A stretch of 41,093 nucleotides of DNA from Paenibacillus sp. (GTDB lineage: Bacteria > Bacillota > Bacilli > Paenibacillales > NBRC-103111): NCBI GenBank assembly GCA_029239545.1, contig JARBUQ010000001.1, forward strand, positions 1 through 41,093, given 5' to 3'. Of the stretch, positions 16,481 through 26,979 are shown piece by piece. Numbering within the stretch: position 1 is the first letter of the stretch; every line of letters starts with the position of its first letter. Under the pieces are notes generated by a model that saw nothing but the letters and a program-made list of their open reading frames with translations, had not been told where the DNA came from and ran no database searches. Both the position numbers and the translations under genes were made by a program.

Positions 16481-18121
16481 TTACTTTCCTTTCCAGCCGG
16501 TGCTGCCCGTTCCGCTTTCTTTTACATACATGGATGATTGCGTTCCACCGTCTGTGCGCATTGCGATACTGCCAACCGGTGCTGTGACTATTCCTTCCGG
16601 AGAGCCCTCCACTAGGAATACAGCAGGCAGCACAGTGCCGCCAACCAACCGGAGAGAGCGCTTGAAATTGCCGTAGGTGGAGAACCATTCCGGAATCAAA
16701 TAAGGATTATAGATCGTTCCGAACGATGTGCCCTGCATAGCAGCGGCCGTCTCGAACTCCATGATCCGCTTAACCTTCGTGGTGCGGGTGTCGAATACAG
16801 CTACATTACCCAGATGCACATAAGGCTTGGCTGCTCCATAGGAGGATGCGAATACGACCTGATTGACCCCGCTGTTACGGACAATCATATTATCGATGTT
16901 CACCATTGTATTGTTCTCTGTTGTGAACACATGCAAGCTGCTGCCGGCAAGATCCTGTGCTTCTACAGAGCTGATATTCAAATCTCCGCCATCGATTCGT
17001 ATACCGCTGGCCAGCTTCGAGCCTGTACCGAACAGCTCAAGCGAGCCAATGCTTACTCTGGGCTTCCCTCCGGCGCTTGCGGCCGCATAGATGGCAGGCC
17101 CGCCGATATTCGTGAAGCGTGCTTTGCCAATGTTAATGAACTGGGAGTATAAGGTCTGTAGACCGAAGCCTGCTTTGCCGTCAAGCGACTGAACAGACAA
17201 TTGATCAATATTCAAGGTCAACCCGTAGGATAACAGCGCAGGAGCGGTCGTACCCGCCACCCGCATGTCGAGTGTGCCGATATCCAGTGTCCACTGCTTG
17301 GCGATTGCATCGGATAGGCCTGCAGACAGATCATTACCGAATCCGGTTGTAGTCAAATAATCGAAGCGTTGATAGAAGCTGCGTGTTCCTTTGAAATCAT
17401 CGGGCTCGAGATCAAGAGAATTCTCCCCTGCGAACTTGGGAGCACCGCCGCGAGTATTATTCAGCACGGCCGTTCCGACATGGAGCTGATCAACATAATG
17501 GACAACGAAGTTTTTACGCCCTGCTGTTTCACAGCGTGCATATCCGATCACTACGTTGACTGAGGGTGTCTCCTCGAGTCCGCCGACGAATATATTGTCA
17601 CTGTAGCAATCATGAACATAGGCAGACTCTATGCTTACATTCTGAGCATTGTATATGAATAAGCCATGCAGTTGGTCGTTAACGTTCCCTCTAACGGTTG
17701 AGGCGCTTCCATCAATCTCCAATTCACCAGTAATCGTAATATTGGAAACACCAGTGATAACGACGACACGAGTATCAGAAGGCGGGTTAGGAGCGAGCAC
17801 GAGCTTGGCGCCAGGCTCGAAGAACAGATTAGCACCTGAAGGAACGCGCAGACACCACCATTCATTGCTTGAAGGATTGCGCATTCTGGCGGAGGACACT
17901 TTGTAGGTTCCGGCAGGTATGAATATGACTTTATTGCCGGCAGCACCAGCGAGAAGCGTCTTCTGAATAGCTGCTGTATCATCAGTTATTCCGTTACCCA
18001 CAGCTCCGAATGATCGGACGTTTACAATGCCGGTTGTTTCCGGGTCGAGCTTGGCGGAGGTGACAGCGTTGTTTGCCAGCATAGCCGCTGTGACCGAACC
18101 GTCCGGGATGGAAGTTGCCAT
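16481..18121 (-). CDS. Right-handed beta-helix (pectate lyase 3 / GH28-like) protein with tailspike-like termini
   Basis: VNVRSFGAVGNGITDDTAAIQ...IFIPAGTY motif; C-terminal GSPEGIVTAPVGS...YVKESGTGSTGW; AGGAGTG RBS 7 nt before the ATG at 18121. Confidence 0.8.
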   Translation of the reverse strand: MATSIPDGSVTAAMLANNAVTSAKLDPETTGIVNVRSFGAVGNGITDDTAAIQKTLLAGAAGNKVIFIPAGTYKVSSARMRNPSSNEWWCLRVPSGANLFFEPGAKLVLAPNPPSDTRVVVITGVSNITITGELEIDGSASTVRGNVNDQLHGLFIYNAQNVSIESAYVHDCYSDNIFVGGLEETPSVNVVIGYARCETAGRKNFVVHYVDQLHVGTAVLNNTRGGAPKFAGENSLDLEPDDFKGTRSFYQRFDYLTTTGFGNDLSAGLSDAIAKQWTLDIGTLDMRVAGTTAPALLSYGLTLNIDQLSVQSLDGKAGFGLQTLYSQFINIGKARFTNIGGPAIYAAASAGGKPRVSIGSLELFGTGSKLASGIRIDGGDLNISSVEAQDLAGSSLHVFTTENNTMVNIDNMIVRNSGVNQVVFASSYGAAKPYVHLGNVAVFDTRTTKVKRIMEFETAAAMQGTSFGTIYNPYLIPEWFSTYGNFKRSLRLVGGTVLPAVFLVEGSPEGIVTAPVGSIAMRTDGGTQSSMYVKESGTGSTGWKGK

Positions 18122-18153
18122 AATCAATCACTCCTTTTTCTATAATTCTTGTA

Positions 18154-18182
18154 TATGTTATGAAAATATTAAAGAGACGTGT
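18154..18182 (-). promoter_or_regulatory. SigK-type promoter for the beta-helix gene
   Basis: Minus strand ACAC-N16-CATAACATA, matching AC-N16-CATANNNTA. Confidence 0.6.
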
Positions 18183-18224
18183 AGGACGAACAACACGGTC
18201 TCAGACAAAGCGAGGTAAAACAGG

Positions 18225-19160
18225 ATGAAGGTACTAGTAACAGGAGGCGCAGGATTCATAGGGTCCCATGTAGTAGATCGGTTAATCTGGGAAGGGCTTG
18301 AGACTATAGTCATAGATAGCTTGACAGGCCCATCGGGATCGTCGAATTTGAATTCGGCAGCGGTCCTGTACACGAATGATATTCGCGATGAGACGTTAGG
18401 TGATGTATTCGCCAGGGAGAAGCCGGATGTTGTAGTTCATATGGCTGCCCAGATTGATGTAAGACAATCTCAACGCAATCCACAGCTGGATGCAGAGGTG
18501 AATATTCTCGGTACGCTTAATGTGCTCAGCCAATGTGTCAAACATCGAGTGAGCAAGCTTATATATGCCTCTTCTGCAGCTGTATACGGTATACCGCATT
18601 ACTTGAGCATTGACGAGCAGCACCCTATGAATCCCATATCCTGTTACGGCATCTCAAAGAGTGTACCGGAAACGTACATAAGGCTTTTTGCTGAATTGCA
18701 TGGTTTGAAATATACGATCTTGCGGTTTGCAAATGTATACGGGCCGCGACAAAGCCCGGAGGGTGAAGCAGGTGTCGTCTCGATATTCCTGGATAAGCTG
18801 CTGCGTGGTGAACGTCCGGTTATATATGGCGATGGCGAGCAAACGCGGGATTTCGTCTATGTTGCGGATGTAGCCAATGCAGTAGTAAAGGCGATTCATA
18901 GAGCAGACGGGGAAACTGTCAATGTTAGCTGCTGCATGCCTACCTCGGTGAATGAGCTTGCTAAAATGATGGCAAGGCTGTCGCGAAGCATGCTTCAGCC
19001 GCAATATGACAAGCCGCGGTCAGGGGACATCGAGCACAGCTTTCTGAATAATCACAGGGCCAGGGATGTTCTGCTCTGGACTCCGCAATATACCCTCGAG
19101 GATGGATTGGAAGAGATGATAGCAATCAGTACTCAAGCGGACAGGGTGGTTGTGTCATGA
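18225..19160 (+). CDS. NAD-dependent nucleotide-sugar epimerase (UDP-glucose 4-epimerase-like)
   Basis: VTGGAGFIGSH, ASSAAVYG, YGISK, LRFANVYGPRQ, GDGEQTRDFVYV. Confidence 0.93.
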   Translation: MKVLVTGGAGFIGSHVVDRLIWEGLETIVIDSLTGPSGSSNLNSAAVLYTNDIRDETLGDVFAREKPDVVVHMAAQIDVRQSQRNPQLDAEVNILGTLNVLSQCVKHRVSKLIYASSAAVYGIPHYLSIDEQHPMNPISCYGISKSVPETYIRLFAELHGLKYTILRFANVYGPRQSPEGEAGVVSIFLDKLLRGERPVIYGDGEQTRDFVYVADVANAVVKAIHRADGETVNVSCCMPTSVNELAKMMARLSRSMLQPQYDKPRSGDIEHSFLNNHRARDVLLWTPQYTLEDGLEEMIAISTQADRVVVS

Positions 19161-20230
19161 AACCTTCAATAAACTCGGAGATGTTCGTGCTGCGCAGTAT
19201 TGCGTGCCTGAGCATTGCCCTGCTGCATGCACTATACAGAGTTTATGATGATGGAACAGAATGGGTCGAATTAGTCGGCTTGTTATTGACATTCGGCACA
19301 CCTGTATTCGTGTTCATCTCCGAGTACGTGCTGTCGTTCGCTTATCCTAATGGAAGTCCCGGGGGCTTTTGGAAGAAAAGAATCAAATATATTTTGCTGC
19401 CCTATATTTTCTTCGGAACCTTCTACGCCTTATTAAAAGGGCTCGACATGTCCGTGAACGAGAGTATACCCATTGTGCAGGCAGTCTGGTACTATTGGTG
19501 GCGACATATTGCTCTTGGGGATTTTCACGGCTACTTCATTCTAGTAATCTTTCAATTCTATGTGCTGCACGCTCTGTATCAACGCTACGCAGGGCGGTTC
19601 TCGCCGCGGTCCGTTATGCTGGCTTCGCTTATAATTACAGTGGGTTATCTGGGATTCTTCAACCTTACAAGTCCGAATGAAGGTGCGGCAGCCCGTTACA
19701 TGTGGGATAAAATGTATTGGATCTTCTTCCCCGGCTGGCTTGTATACTTCTCAGGAGCTTATTACTTAGGACGCAACGAAGTCTGGTTTCGCGAGCAATT
19801 GCGTAGATTCCGAGTATGGGTGTATACGCTGCCCGTAGTTACAGGGGCTCTTGTGCTGCTGGTGCACACATCGGGCTGGATTACAGCCCATTCCTCCAAA
19901 AGAGTCGATATGCTGATGTTCACCTCCAGTATGATCCTGCTATTATTCGCCGCTGCTTCTGCAATGCGACGTGTGCCCTTAGTGTTGGAGACAGTCAGCC
20001 GTTATTCATTCGGCATTTATCTGGTGCATCCGCTGCTGCTCGTGATATTTGCCTTGATGCCCCTGTCATTTGGGCTGAAGAGCTTGGGCTTGTTGAGTGT
20101 TCTGCTCCAATTTCTTGGCTGTGTGCTGGGTTCCATGCTCGTGTCGTATGTTGCAAACCGGATTCCTGGAGGGGCTTATCTGGTCGGGAGAATTGGAATT
20201 TCAATTAACGGAAATAAAAGAAACTTATAA
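19157..20230 (+). CDS. Acyltransferase-3 family membrane O-acyltransferase (IcaC-like)
   Basis: LRSIACL..H, FGTPVFVFIS, KRIKYILLPY, HGYFILVIFQFY, SRYSFGIYLVHP. Confidence 0.88.
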   Translation: MKPSINSEMFVLRSIACLSIALLHALYRVYDDGTEWVELVGLLLTFGTPVFVFISEYVLSFAYPNGSPGGFWKKRIKYILLPYIFFGTFYALLKGLDMSVNESIPIVQAVWYYWWRHIALGDFHGYFILVIFQFYVLHALYQRYAGRFSPRSVMLASLIITVGYLGFFNLTSPNEGAAARYMWDKMYWIFFPGWLVYFSGAYYLGRNEVWFREQLRRFRVWVYTLPVVTGALVLLVHTSGWITAHSSKRVDMLMFTSSMILLLFAAASAMRRVPLVLETVSRYSFGIYLVHPLLLVIFALMPLSFGLKSLGLLSVLLQFLGCVLGSMLVSYVANRIPGGAYLVGRIGISINGNKRNL

Positions 20231-20352
20231 ATATAAATGGCTAAAATAAAAGGAAGTTATAAAGATTAATAATAAGGATTGTTAATATACATAATATGTT
20301 AATCGTTAATATCGTTAAATTCAATCAAATTCATTAGTAATGTCATAAATAT

Positions 20353-20383
20353 TAGATGATAACCATAGTTATCATCTATTTTT
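20353..20383. repeat. Perfect 11-bp inverted repeat (terminator or operator) in an AT-rich intergenic region
   Basis: TAGATGATAAC-CATA-GTTATCATCTA followed by TTTTT. Confidence 0.6.
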
Positions 20384-20618
20384 GTTGATTATGACTATTT
20401 ATCTTCGATTATCATTATAAATCTGAATTTTAAGAATTTGGGAGGAATGTGGAGGAACCGGGAGGATTTAATTGGATATGTCTGCTAATTTTGTCTGAGT
20501 AGAGGAGAGGGGAGCTAAGGGGGCCTCAGCACGGATTTTGCGGGGTGAGGTATGCATGCGAATCATGTTACCCTTATACGGGGCCCCAAAAAAATAAGAG
20601 AAAAAGGGAGTTTTCAAT

Positions 20619-21524
20619 TTGAAGAAGTTGTTTTCGTACGCGCTATGTTTGACACTGGCTCTGGTAATGCTGGTGGGCTGTGCCTCCGGAAATGAGGAAG
20701 GCCAAACAAATGCAAACGGTGAAAAGCCAACCAATCAGGAAAACCTGCTTGAGAAAGCCAAGCAGCAAGGATTCATTAACGTAGGGTTCGCTAACGAGAA
20801 TCCATACGCTTATGCCACTCCCGACGGCAAACTTACTGGTGAAGCGGTGGAGGTTGCCAGAGTTATTTTGAGGAATCTGGGGATTGAAGAGATGAACGGC
20901 GTTCTCACGGAATTCGGTTCCTTGATTCCGGGTCTGAAGGCCAAACGGTTCGATATTATTACCGCAGGTATGTTTATTAATCCCGTGAGAAGTAAGGAAG
21001 TCGCATTCGCCAATCCCGAATACAGCATTGGCGAAGCGCTAGCTGTAGCAGTGGGAAACCCGCTTCAGCTTATGAGCTACGAGGATATAGCCAAGAACAA
21101 GGAAGCCAAAGTAGCCGTAATGGTTGGAGCGATAGAGAAGGAATATTTGACCAAGGTAGGCGTTCCCGATAACCAGATTGTAACCGTTCCTGATCAGCCT
21201 TCCGCTATCTCCGCCCTGCAGGCAGGGCGTGTGCAAGCGGTGACCATGACAGGCCCAGCGCTGCAAGCGATGCTGGATTCAGCCAAGGACGACAAGCTGG
21301 AACGGGTTGCAGATTTCAAGCAGCCCGAGATCGACGGAAAGAGCGTTAGAGGGTACGGAGCGGCAGCCTTCCGACAAGAAGATACGGCCTTGCGAGAGGC
21401 CTTCAATAGTGAGCTGGAGAAGCTGAAGCAATCAGGCGAGCTTCTGGAAATTCTGAAGCCTTTCGGGTTCACAGAGCAGGAACTGCCTGGTGACATGACT
21501 GCAGAACAGCTTGCAGCAGAGTGA
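20619..21524 (+). CDS. ehuB: Ectoine/hydroxyectoine ABC transporter substrate-binding lipoprotein
   Basis: Lipobox LVGC, GFANENPYAY, EFGSLIPGL, AGMFINP.R; adjacent to ect genes. Confidence 0.92.
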   Translation: MKKLFSYALCLTLALVMLVGCASGNEEGQTNANGEKPTNQENLLEKAKQQGFINVGFANENPYAYATPDGKLTGEAVEVARVILRNLGIEEMNGVLTEFGSLIPGLKAKRFDIITAGMFINPVRSKEVAFANPEYSIGEALAVAVGNPLQLMSYEDIAKNKEAKVAVMVGAIEKEYLTKVGVPDNQIVTVPDQPSAISALQAGRVQAVTMTGPALQAMLDSAKDDKLERVADFKQPEIDGKSVRGYGAAAFRQEDTALREAFNSELEKLKQSGELLEILKPFGFTEQELPGDMTAEQLAAE

Positions 21525-22192
21525 TCGGTATGGGTTTTGGAGCTTTGATTGTTGAATTCGCCCCCTCCCTTCTGAGGGGAGCGCTTGTTACGTTGCAAAT
21601 TACATTGTATGGCATTGGATTGGCTCTGCTGCTGGCGTTTCTGGCGGGTCTTGCCAGACTCTCGAAGCTTCGGGGAGTTCGGGCGGCAAGCACCATCTAT
21701 GTGGAGACCTTCAGAGGAACCTCCTTGTTGGTGCAGCTGTTCTGGTTATACTTCGCTCTTCCTATAGTGCTGGATATAAGGATATCGGCGATGATGGCAG
21801 CGGTCCTGGCGCTTGGTCTTAATTATGGCGCCTATGGCTCGGAAGTGGTGCGCAGCTCGATTCTGGCGGTGCCGCGCGGCCAGTATGAAGCGGCTACTGC
21901 GCTCAATATGACGCCGTGGTGCAGAATGAGGCGTGTCATCCTGCCTCAGGCTATCGTCCGCATGCTGCCTGCCTTCGGTAATTTGCAAATTGAATTGCTC
22001 AAGGGAACATCGCTGGTCTATTTAATTACATTAATGGATCTGACATACCAAGGAATGGTGCTGCGCAGCTTTGACAGCTCGAAGACACCGGAGATTTTTG
22101 CTATGCTGCTCGTTATATATTTTGTGTTAGCCTACTCCTTGACATGGATCGTTCGGTTTGTAGAACGCAGATTAGCAAGGGGGAGGGTGTAA
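21521..22192 (+). CDS. ehuC: Ectoine ABC transporter permease
   Basis: YVETFRGTSLLVQLFWLYF, GAYGSEVVR, GQYEAA. Confidence 0.9.
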   Translation: MIGMGFGALIVEFAPSLLRGALVTLQITLYGIGLALLLAFLAGLARLSKLRGVRAASTIYVETFRGTSLLVQLFWLYFALPIVLDIRISAMMAAVLALGLNYGAYGSEVVRSSILAVPRGQYEAATALNMTPWCRMRRVILPQAIVRMLPAFGNLQIELLKGTSLVYLITLMDLTYQGMVLRSFDSSKTPEIFAMLLVIYFVLAYSLTWIVRFVERRLARGRV

Positions 22193-22195
22193 CAG

Positions 22196-22846
22196 ATGTG
22201 GGACTGGAAGTATGCATTAGAAATTCTTCCTCAGCTGTTGGCTGTACTGCCAATTACAATTGCTGCAACTGTGGCCGGATTTGCGGTAGCTGCTGCTGTA
22301 GGCTTACCCCTTGCATTAGCAAGAAGATCAAGACATAAGCTGCTGTCTTACACGGCAGTAGCCTGGATCGAATTTATTCGAAGCACTCCGCTGCTGATCC
22401 AGCTGCTGATATTATTTTACGCACGCCCGCTTTATGGAATTACGCTGTCTCCTTTTACGGCCGGAGTGCTCGGTTTAGGGCTGCACTACAGCACGTATAT
22501 GTCGGAAGTATACCGCTCAGGCATCGAAGCCGTTCCTAGAGGACAATGGGAGGCTGCGACGGCGCTTAATTTTAACAACAAACAGAAATGGATTAGGGTC
22601 ATTCTGCCTCAAGCCATCCCCCCGATTATTCCCGTAATGGGCAATTATTTGATCACCATGTTCAAGGAAACCCCCATTTTATCGGCTATTACACTAGTAG
22701 AGCTGCTAACAACAGCCAAGTCGATTGGGGCGGGATCGTTTAAGTATATGGAAGCTTTTACTCTGCTCGGAGTGTTGTTCTTTCTGCTTAGTTACCCTTC
22801 ATCCTTGCTGGTCGGAAAGCTTGAGAGGCATTTCCAAACAAAATAG
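22196..22846 (+). CDS. ehuD: Ectoine ABC transporter permease
   Basis: MWDW start, EFIRSTPLLIQL, GLHYSTYMSEVYR, MFKETP. Confidence 0.9.
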   Translation: MWDWKYALEILPQLLAVLPITIAATVAGFAVAAAVGLPLALARRSRHKLLSYTAVAWIEFIRSTPLLIQLLILFYARPLYGITLSPFTAGVLGLGLHYSTYMSEVYRSGIEAVPRGQWEAATALNFNNKQKWIRVILPQAIPPIIPVMGNYLITMFKETPILSAITLVELLTTAKSIGAGSFKYMEAFTLLGVLFFLLSYPSSLLVGKLERHFQTK

Positions 22847-22861
22847 GAGGGAGGCAATCAT

Positions 22862-23683
22862 ATGGAACAGCCAGTCGTAAGCTATCGAAAAGTGAGTAAA
22901 TCGTACGGAGAGGTTCATGTTCTGAATGAAATTGATCTGGATCTGTACCCAGGTGAAAAGGTAGCTATTATTGGTCCGAGCGGCTCAGGGAAAACGACCA
23001 TTGCCAGGCTGCTAATGACACTGGAAACCCCTACATCCGGCACGATTGAAGTGGACGGGGAGCTGTTGTGGCATCGGGAAGTGGACGGTAAGCTCGTTCC
23101 GGCCAATGAGAAGCATCTGCATAGTGTGCGCAGCAAGGTTGGAATGGTGTTCCAGCATTTCAACCTGTTCCCTCATATGAACATCCTGCGGAACGTGGCG
23201 GAAGCGCCCAGGCAGGTGTTAGGGATGAGCCGCAAGGATGCCGAGCAGGCTGCTCTTGAGATGCTGGAGAAGGTCGGTTTATCTGACAAGACGAAAGAAT
23301 ATCCTTCGCGTCTATCAGGCGGCCAGAAGCAGCGGGTAGCTATAGCCAGGGCAGTCGTTATGCGACCGCAGGTGATGTTATTCGATGAAGCTACATCCGC
23401 CCTCGACCCTGAATTAGTGGGTGAAGTGCTTACTGTGATTAAGGATCTTGCCGCGACAGGAGATATGGCCATGATGCTGATTACCCATGAGATGGATTTC
23501 GCGCGGGAAATAGCCGATCGCATCATTTTCACTGATGGAGGCTCGCTTGTGGAACAAGGGACGCCGGAGCAAATATTCGAGAATCCGCAGAGTCCCCGAC
23601 TGCAAGCCTTCCTGAGCCGGTTCAGGCAAACGTGGTATATGGGCGGAGCGGCCGAAGCATCTATTACAGAAGACAAGAGGTGA
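22862..23683 (+). CDS. ehuA: Ectoine ABC transporter ATPase
   Basis: [34 protein letters not shown]. Confidence 0.92.
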   Translation: MEQPVVSYRKVSKSYGEVHVLNEIDLDLYPGEKVAIIGPSGSGKTTIARLLMTLETPTSGTIEVDGELLWHREVDGKLVPANEKHLHSVRSKVGMVFQHFNLFPHMNILRNVAEAPRQVLGMSRKDAEQAALEMLEKVGLSDKTKEYPSRLSGGQKQRVAIARAVVMRPQVMLFDEATSALDPELVGEVLTVIKDLAATGDMAMMLITHEMDFAREIADRIIFTDGGSLVEQGTPEQIFENPQSPRLQAFLSRFRQTWYMGGAAEASITEDKR

Positions 23684-23691
23684 GAAGTGCG

Positions 23692-24216
23692 ATGGCTGCA
23701 GAAGAGCGAAGCGCAGACGGTTGTCATTATCGACAGCCTCGTATTGAAGACGGGAAGGCGATCTGGACAATCGTAGTTGACAGCGGCAAGCTGGATGTTA
23801 ATTCGGTCTACTGTTACATCATGCTTTGTGAGTACTTTTCGGATACTTGTGTGGTAGCCGAGTCGGATAGCAGGATTGCAGGTTTTGTTACAGCATACTT
23901 TCCACCAGGCAAACCTCAGACCTTATTCGTTTGGCAGATTGCAGTGGCCGAACCATACAGGGGACAAGGAATTGCGGAGGGGCTGCTGGGCGCGCTGCTC
24001 TCGAGCCCAAGCGGGAAGCGGGCACAATACATCGAGACCACGATATCGCCAGGCAACCAAGCCTCCTTGCGGCTGTTCGACAAGCTGGCCGTCAAGCTGG
24101 CGGCTCCAAGTGTTAGTGCCGGGGGCTTCTCAGCAGCTTTATTCCCGGCTGGCGTTCATGAGGATGAGAATCTTATACGGATCGGACCAATAAAAGAGCG
24201 GGGGACAAAACTATGA
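23692..24216 (+). CDS. ectA: Diaminobutyrate acetyltransferase
   Basis: [42 protein letters not shown]; GAGGTG RBS. Confidence 0.93.
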   Translation: MAAEERSADGCHYRQPRIEDGKAIWTIVVDSGKLDVNSVYCYIMLCEYFSDTCVVAESDSRIAGFVTAYFPPGKPQTLFVWQIAVAEPYRGQGIAEGLLGALLSSPSGKRAQYIETTISPGNQASLRLFDKLAVKLAAPSVSAGGFSAALFPAGVHEDENLIRIGPIKERGTKL

Positions 24217-25517
24217 AAGTATTAGATCAGAGTGTACTATCTTTGGGAGTATTCGAAACCTTGGAGTCGGAGGTGCGCAGCTATTGCCGGTCATTTCCGA
24301 CCCTGTTCACTCGCGCCTCAGGTTATAAGCTCTGGGATGCTGCAGGCAGGGAATACATTGATTTCTTCGCTGGAGCGGGTGCATTGAATTATGGACATAA
24401 CCATCCGGAGATGAAAAAGAAGCTGATCGAGTATTTGCTGGAGGATGGAATTACACATAGTCTGGATATGGCTACGGAAGCCAAGGGCAAATTTCTGGAG
24501 CGGTTCCAGGAAGTTATCCTTCGGCCCAGAGGGTTATCCTATAAGATTATGTTTCCTGGACCTACGGGAGCCAATTCAGTAGAGAGTGCGCTCAAGCTGG
24601 CGCGTAAAGTTACAGGACGAACAACCGTTATGGCTTTCACCAATGCTTTTCATGGCATGACACTGGGGGCATTATCGGTAACAGGCAATAAATTCAAACG
24701 CAAAGGGGCGGGCATTCCGCTGCATCATACCGTATCCATGCCTTATGACGGCTACTTGGGTGCGGATATCGATACACTTGATTATATCGAGAGCAATATT
24801 CAGGATAGCGGGAGCGGCATGTCACTTCCGGCGGCTGTCATTGTGGAGACCATCCAGGGTGAGGGCGGCATTAATGAAGCGCGTGTCGAGTGGCTGCGTC
24901 GTCTGGAGAGCATATGCAAGAATCATGGGATTTTGCTTATTGTGGATGATGTGCAGATGGGCTGCGGCCGAACGGGAACGTTCTTCAGCTTCGAGGAAGC
25001 GGGCATTACTCCGGATATTATTTGCTTGTCCAAGTCTATAGGCGGCTACGGGATGCCGATGGCCTTAACGCTGCTGAAGCCCGAGCTGGATATATGGGAG
25101 CCAGGGGAGCATAACGGGACATTCCGAGGCAATAATCTCGCCTTCATTACGGCGGCTGTTGCATTGCGCTACTGGGAGTCTGATGAGTTTCAGGTTGGTA
25201 TCAAGAAGAAGGGCGAGCTGTTGAACCGACGTTTGCACCAGTTGGTCGCTCAGTTTCCAGCCTTGCAGGGCGAGGTGCGCGGAAGAGGCCTGATGCAAGG
25301 CATTGCTTTCAGCAGGCAGGGGCTGGCGGAGCAACTATGCGCCGCCGCTTTCAGCAAAGGGCTGATCATGGAAACTTCAGGCACGGACAGTGAGGTTGCC
25401 AAGATTATGCCGCCGCTCATTATTGAACAGTCAGGCCTGCTGCAAGGACTCGATATTCTGGAAGCCAGCATGAGAGAAGCATCGGAAAAGCTGAAGGCTG
25501 GTCAAACACATTCATAA
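24213..25517 (+). CDS. ectB: Diaminobutyrate-2-oxoglutarate transaminase
   Basis: [45 protein letters not shown]. Confidence 0.97.
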   Translation: MKVLDQSVLSLGVFETLESEVRSYCRSFPTLFTRASGYKLWDAAGREYIDFFAGAGALNYGHNHPEMKKKLIEYLLEDGITHSLDMATEAKGKFLERFQEVILRPRGLSYKIMFPGPTGANSVESALKLARKVTGRTTVMAFTNAFHGMTLGALSVTGNKFKRKGAGIPLHHTVSMPYDGYLGADIDTLDYIESNIQDSGSGMSLPAAVIVETIQGEGGINEARVEWLRRLESICKNHGILLIVDDVQMGCGRTGTFFSFEEAGITPDIICLSKSIGGYGMPMALTLLKPELDIWEPGEHNGTFRGNNLAFITAAVALRYWESDEFQVGIKKKGELLNRRLHQLVAQFPALQGEVRGRGLMQGIAFSRQGLAEQLCAAAFSKGLIMETSGTDSEVAKIMPPLIIEQSGLLQGLDILEASMREASEKLKAGQTHS

Positions 25518-25540
25518 TATAAAAGGAGGGTAATAGGCCC

Positions 25541-25927
25541 ATGATCGTCAAACATTTGTCAGATGTTATAGGCACGGAACACGATGTAGATACACCGACA
25601 TGGAACAGCAGGCGTCTGCTTCTGAAGAAGGATGGGGTCGGTTTCTCTCTGCATAATACGATTATCAAAGCGGGTACAGAGACCGAGATCTGGTACAAGA
25701 ATCATGTGGAGGCCGTTTATTGCATACAAGGGGAGGGCGAGATCGAAGTGCTTGCGGAGAACCGTATTTATCCGATTCAACCAGGAACGATGTATGTGCT
25801 GAACGGTCATGAGAAACATCTGCTGCGAGGGAAGTCGGAGATGCATATGCTATGTGTCTTTAATCCTCCCTGCTCAGGGCAGGAGGTTCATGACGAGGAA
25901 GGTACTTATCCTCTGGATGCAGATTAA
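25541..25927 (+). CDS. ectC: Ectoine synthase
   Basis: WNSRRLLLKKDGVGFS, WYKNHVEAVYC, CVFNPP..GQEVHDEEG.Y. Confidence 0.97.
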   Translation: MIVKHLSDVIGTEHDVDTPTWNSRRLLLKKDGVGFSLHNTIIKAGTETEIWYKNHVEAVYCIQGEGEIEVLAENRIYPIQPGTMYVLNGHEKHLLRGKSEMHMLCVFNPPCSGQEVHDEEGTYPLDAD

Positions 25928-25960
25928 TGTTATTAAACCAAGAGAGAGGAGCAACAACAT

Positions 25961-26836
25961 ATGAAGACGAAAGACAAAGATTTGTATCCATCAAGGGTTC
26001 ATCCGGAGCCGCGATTATTGGAGCGTCACGATCCGGTTGTATATAACCCGACTCTGAATCAATCGGAGATTAGTGCCGAGCAGCTTGGTTTCTATGAACG
26101 GAACGGGTACTTGTTTCTGGATTCTTTCTTCAAGGCAGATCAAGTAGCGGCTTGGAAAAAGGAGCTGGCGGAACTGTTCGAGGAGAGTAAAGGGCTTAGT
26201 AAATCCGAGATCATTCGTGAGCCCGGCAGCAATGAGATTCGCTCTATCTTTGCGGTTCATCGCGATCACGCCGTGTTCGGACAAATGGCTAAGCATGAGC
26301 GGATTCTTAAGGCTGTGGAGCAAATTCTCGGCAGCGAAGTGTATATTCATCAGTCCAGGATTAACTTCAAGCAGGGATTTACGGGTAAGGAATTTTATTG
26401 GCATTCCGACTTTGAGACGTGGCATGTGGAGGATGGCATGCCTGGCATGAGAGCATTGAGCTGTTCGATTGCTCTGGAGGATAATTATGCAGACAACGGT
26501 CCGTTGATGGTGGTGCCAGGCTCTCATCGCACCTTCGTCTCCTGTGTGGGAGAGGCTCCGGAGGAGCATTATAAATCCTCGCTTCGTCGGCAGGAGTATG
26601 GCGTACCGGACGAGGAAAGCCTTAAGCAGCTTGTGAAGGATGGCGGAATCATCGCTCCGATAGGCAAAGCCGGATCGATTCTGCTGTTCGACTGCAACCT
26701 GATGCATGGCTCCAATAGCAACATCACTCCATATCCCCGGAGTAACGTGTTTATCGTTTATAACAGCGTGCATAATAAACTGATCGAGCCATACTCCGGC
26801 CAGAAGCCCCGACCGGACTATATTGCAGCGCGGTAA
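25961..26836 (+). CDS. ectD: Ectoine hydroxylase
   Basis: Signature FYWHSDFETWHVEDGMP, DLYPSR, DCNLMHGSNSNITP. Confidence 0.97.
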   Translation: MKTKDKDLYPSRVHPEPRLLERHDPVVYNPTLNQSEISAEQLGFYERNGYLFLDSFFKADQVAAWKKELAELFEESKGLSKSEIIREPGSNEIRSIFAVHRDHAVFGQMAKHERILKAVEQILGSEVYIHQSRINFKQGFTGKEFYWHSDFETWHVEDGMPGMRALSCSIALEDNYADNGPLMVVPGSHRTFVSCVGEAPEEHYKSSLRRQEYGVPDEESLKQLVKDGGIIAPIGKAGSILLFDCNLMHGSNSNITPYPRSNVFIVYNSVHNKLIEPYSGQKPRPDYIAAR

Positions 26837-26854
26837 GTGCAGCGTTGAATGAGG

Positions 26855-26895
26855 AAGAAGCCCCACCAATTGGTTACCAATTGGTGGGGCTTCTT
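26855..26895. terminator. Bidirectional terminator between ectD and the convergent gene
   Basis: 19-bp perfect stem AAGAAGCCCCACCAATTGG-TTA-CCAATTGGTGGGGCTTCTT. Confidence 0.85.
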
Positions 26896-26979
26896 GTGAG
26901 CTATAAGGTTAATCTGGTTTTTGTGCTTGCTTGGATACCGAAGGTAAATCGGTCTCCTTGTAAGCAAGGGTAACACTTA

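Noticed and set aside
18151-18190. SigK promoter of the beta-helix gene as a second crRNA target
   Set aside because: 7 of 9 seed matches but a GTA PAM and poor downstream pairing
26015-26869. 284-aa antisense ORF and similar shadow ORFs (e.g. 23173-23727, 33744-34337)
   Set aside because: They lie opposite well-supported genes and have no RBS or motifs
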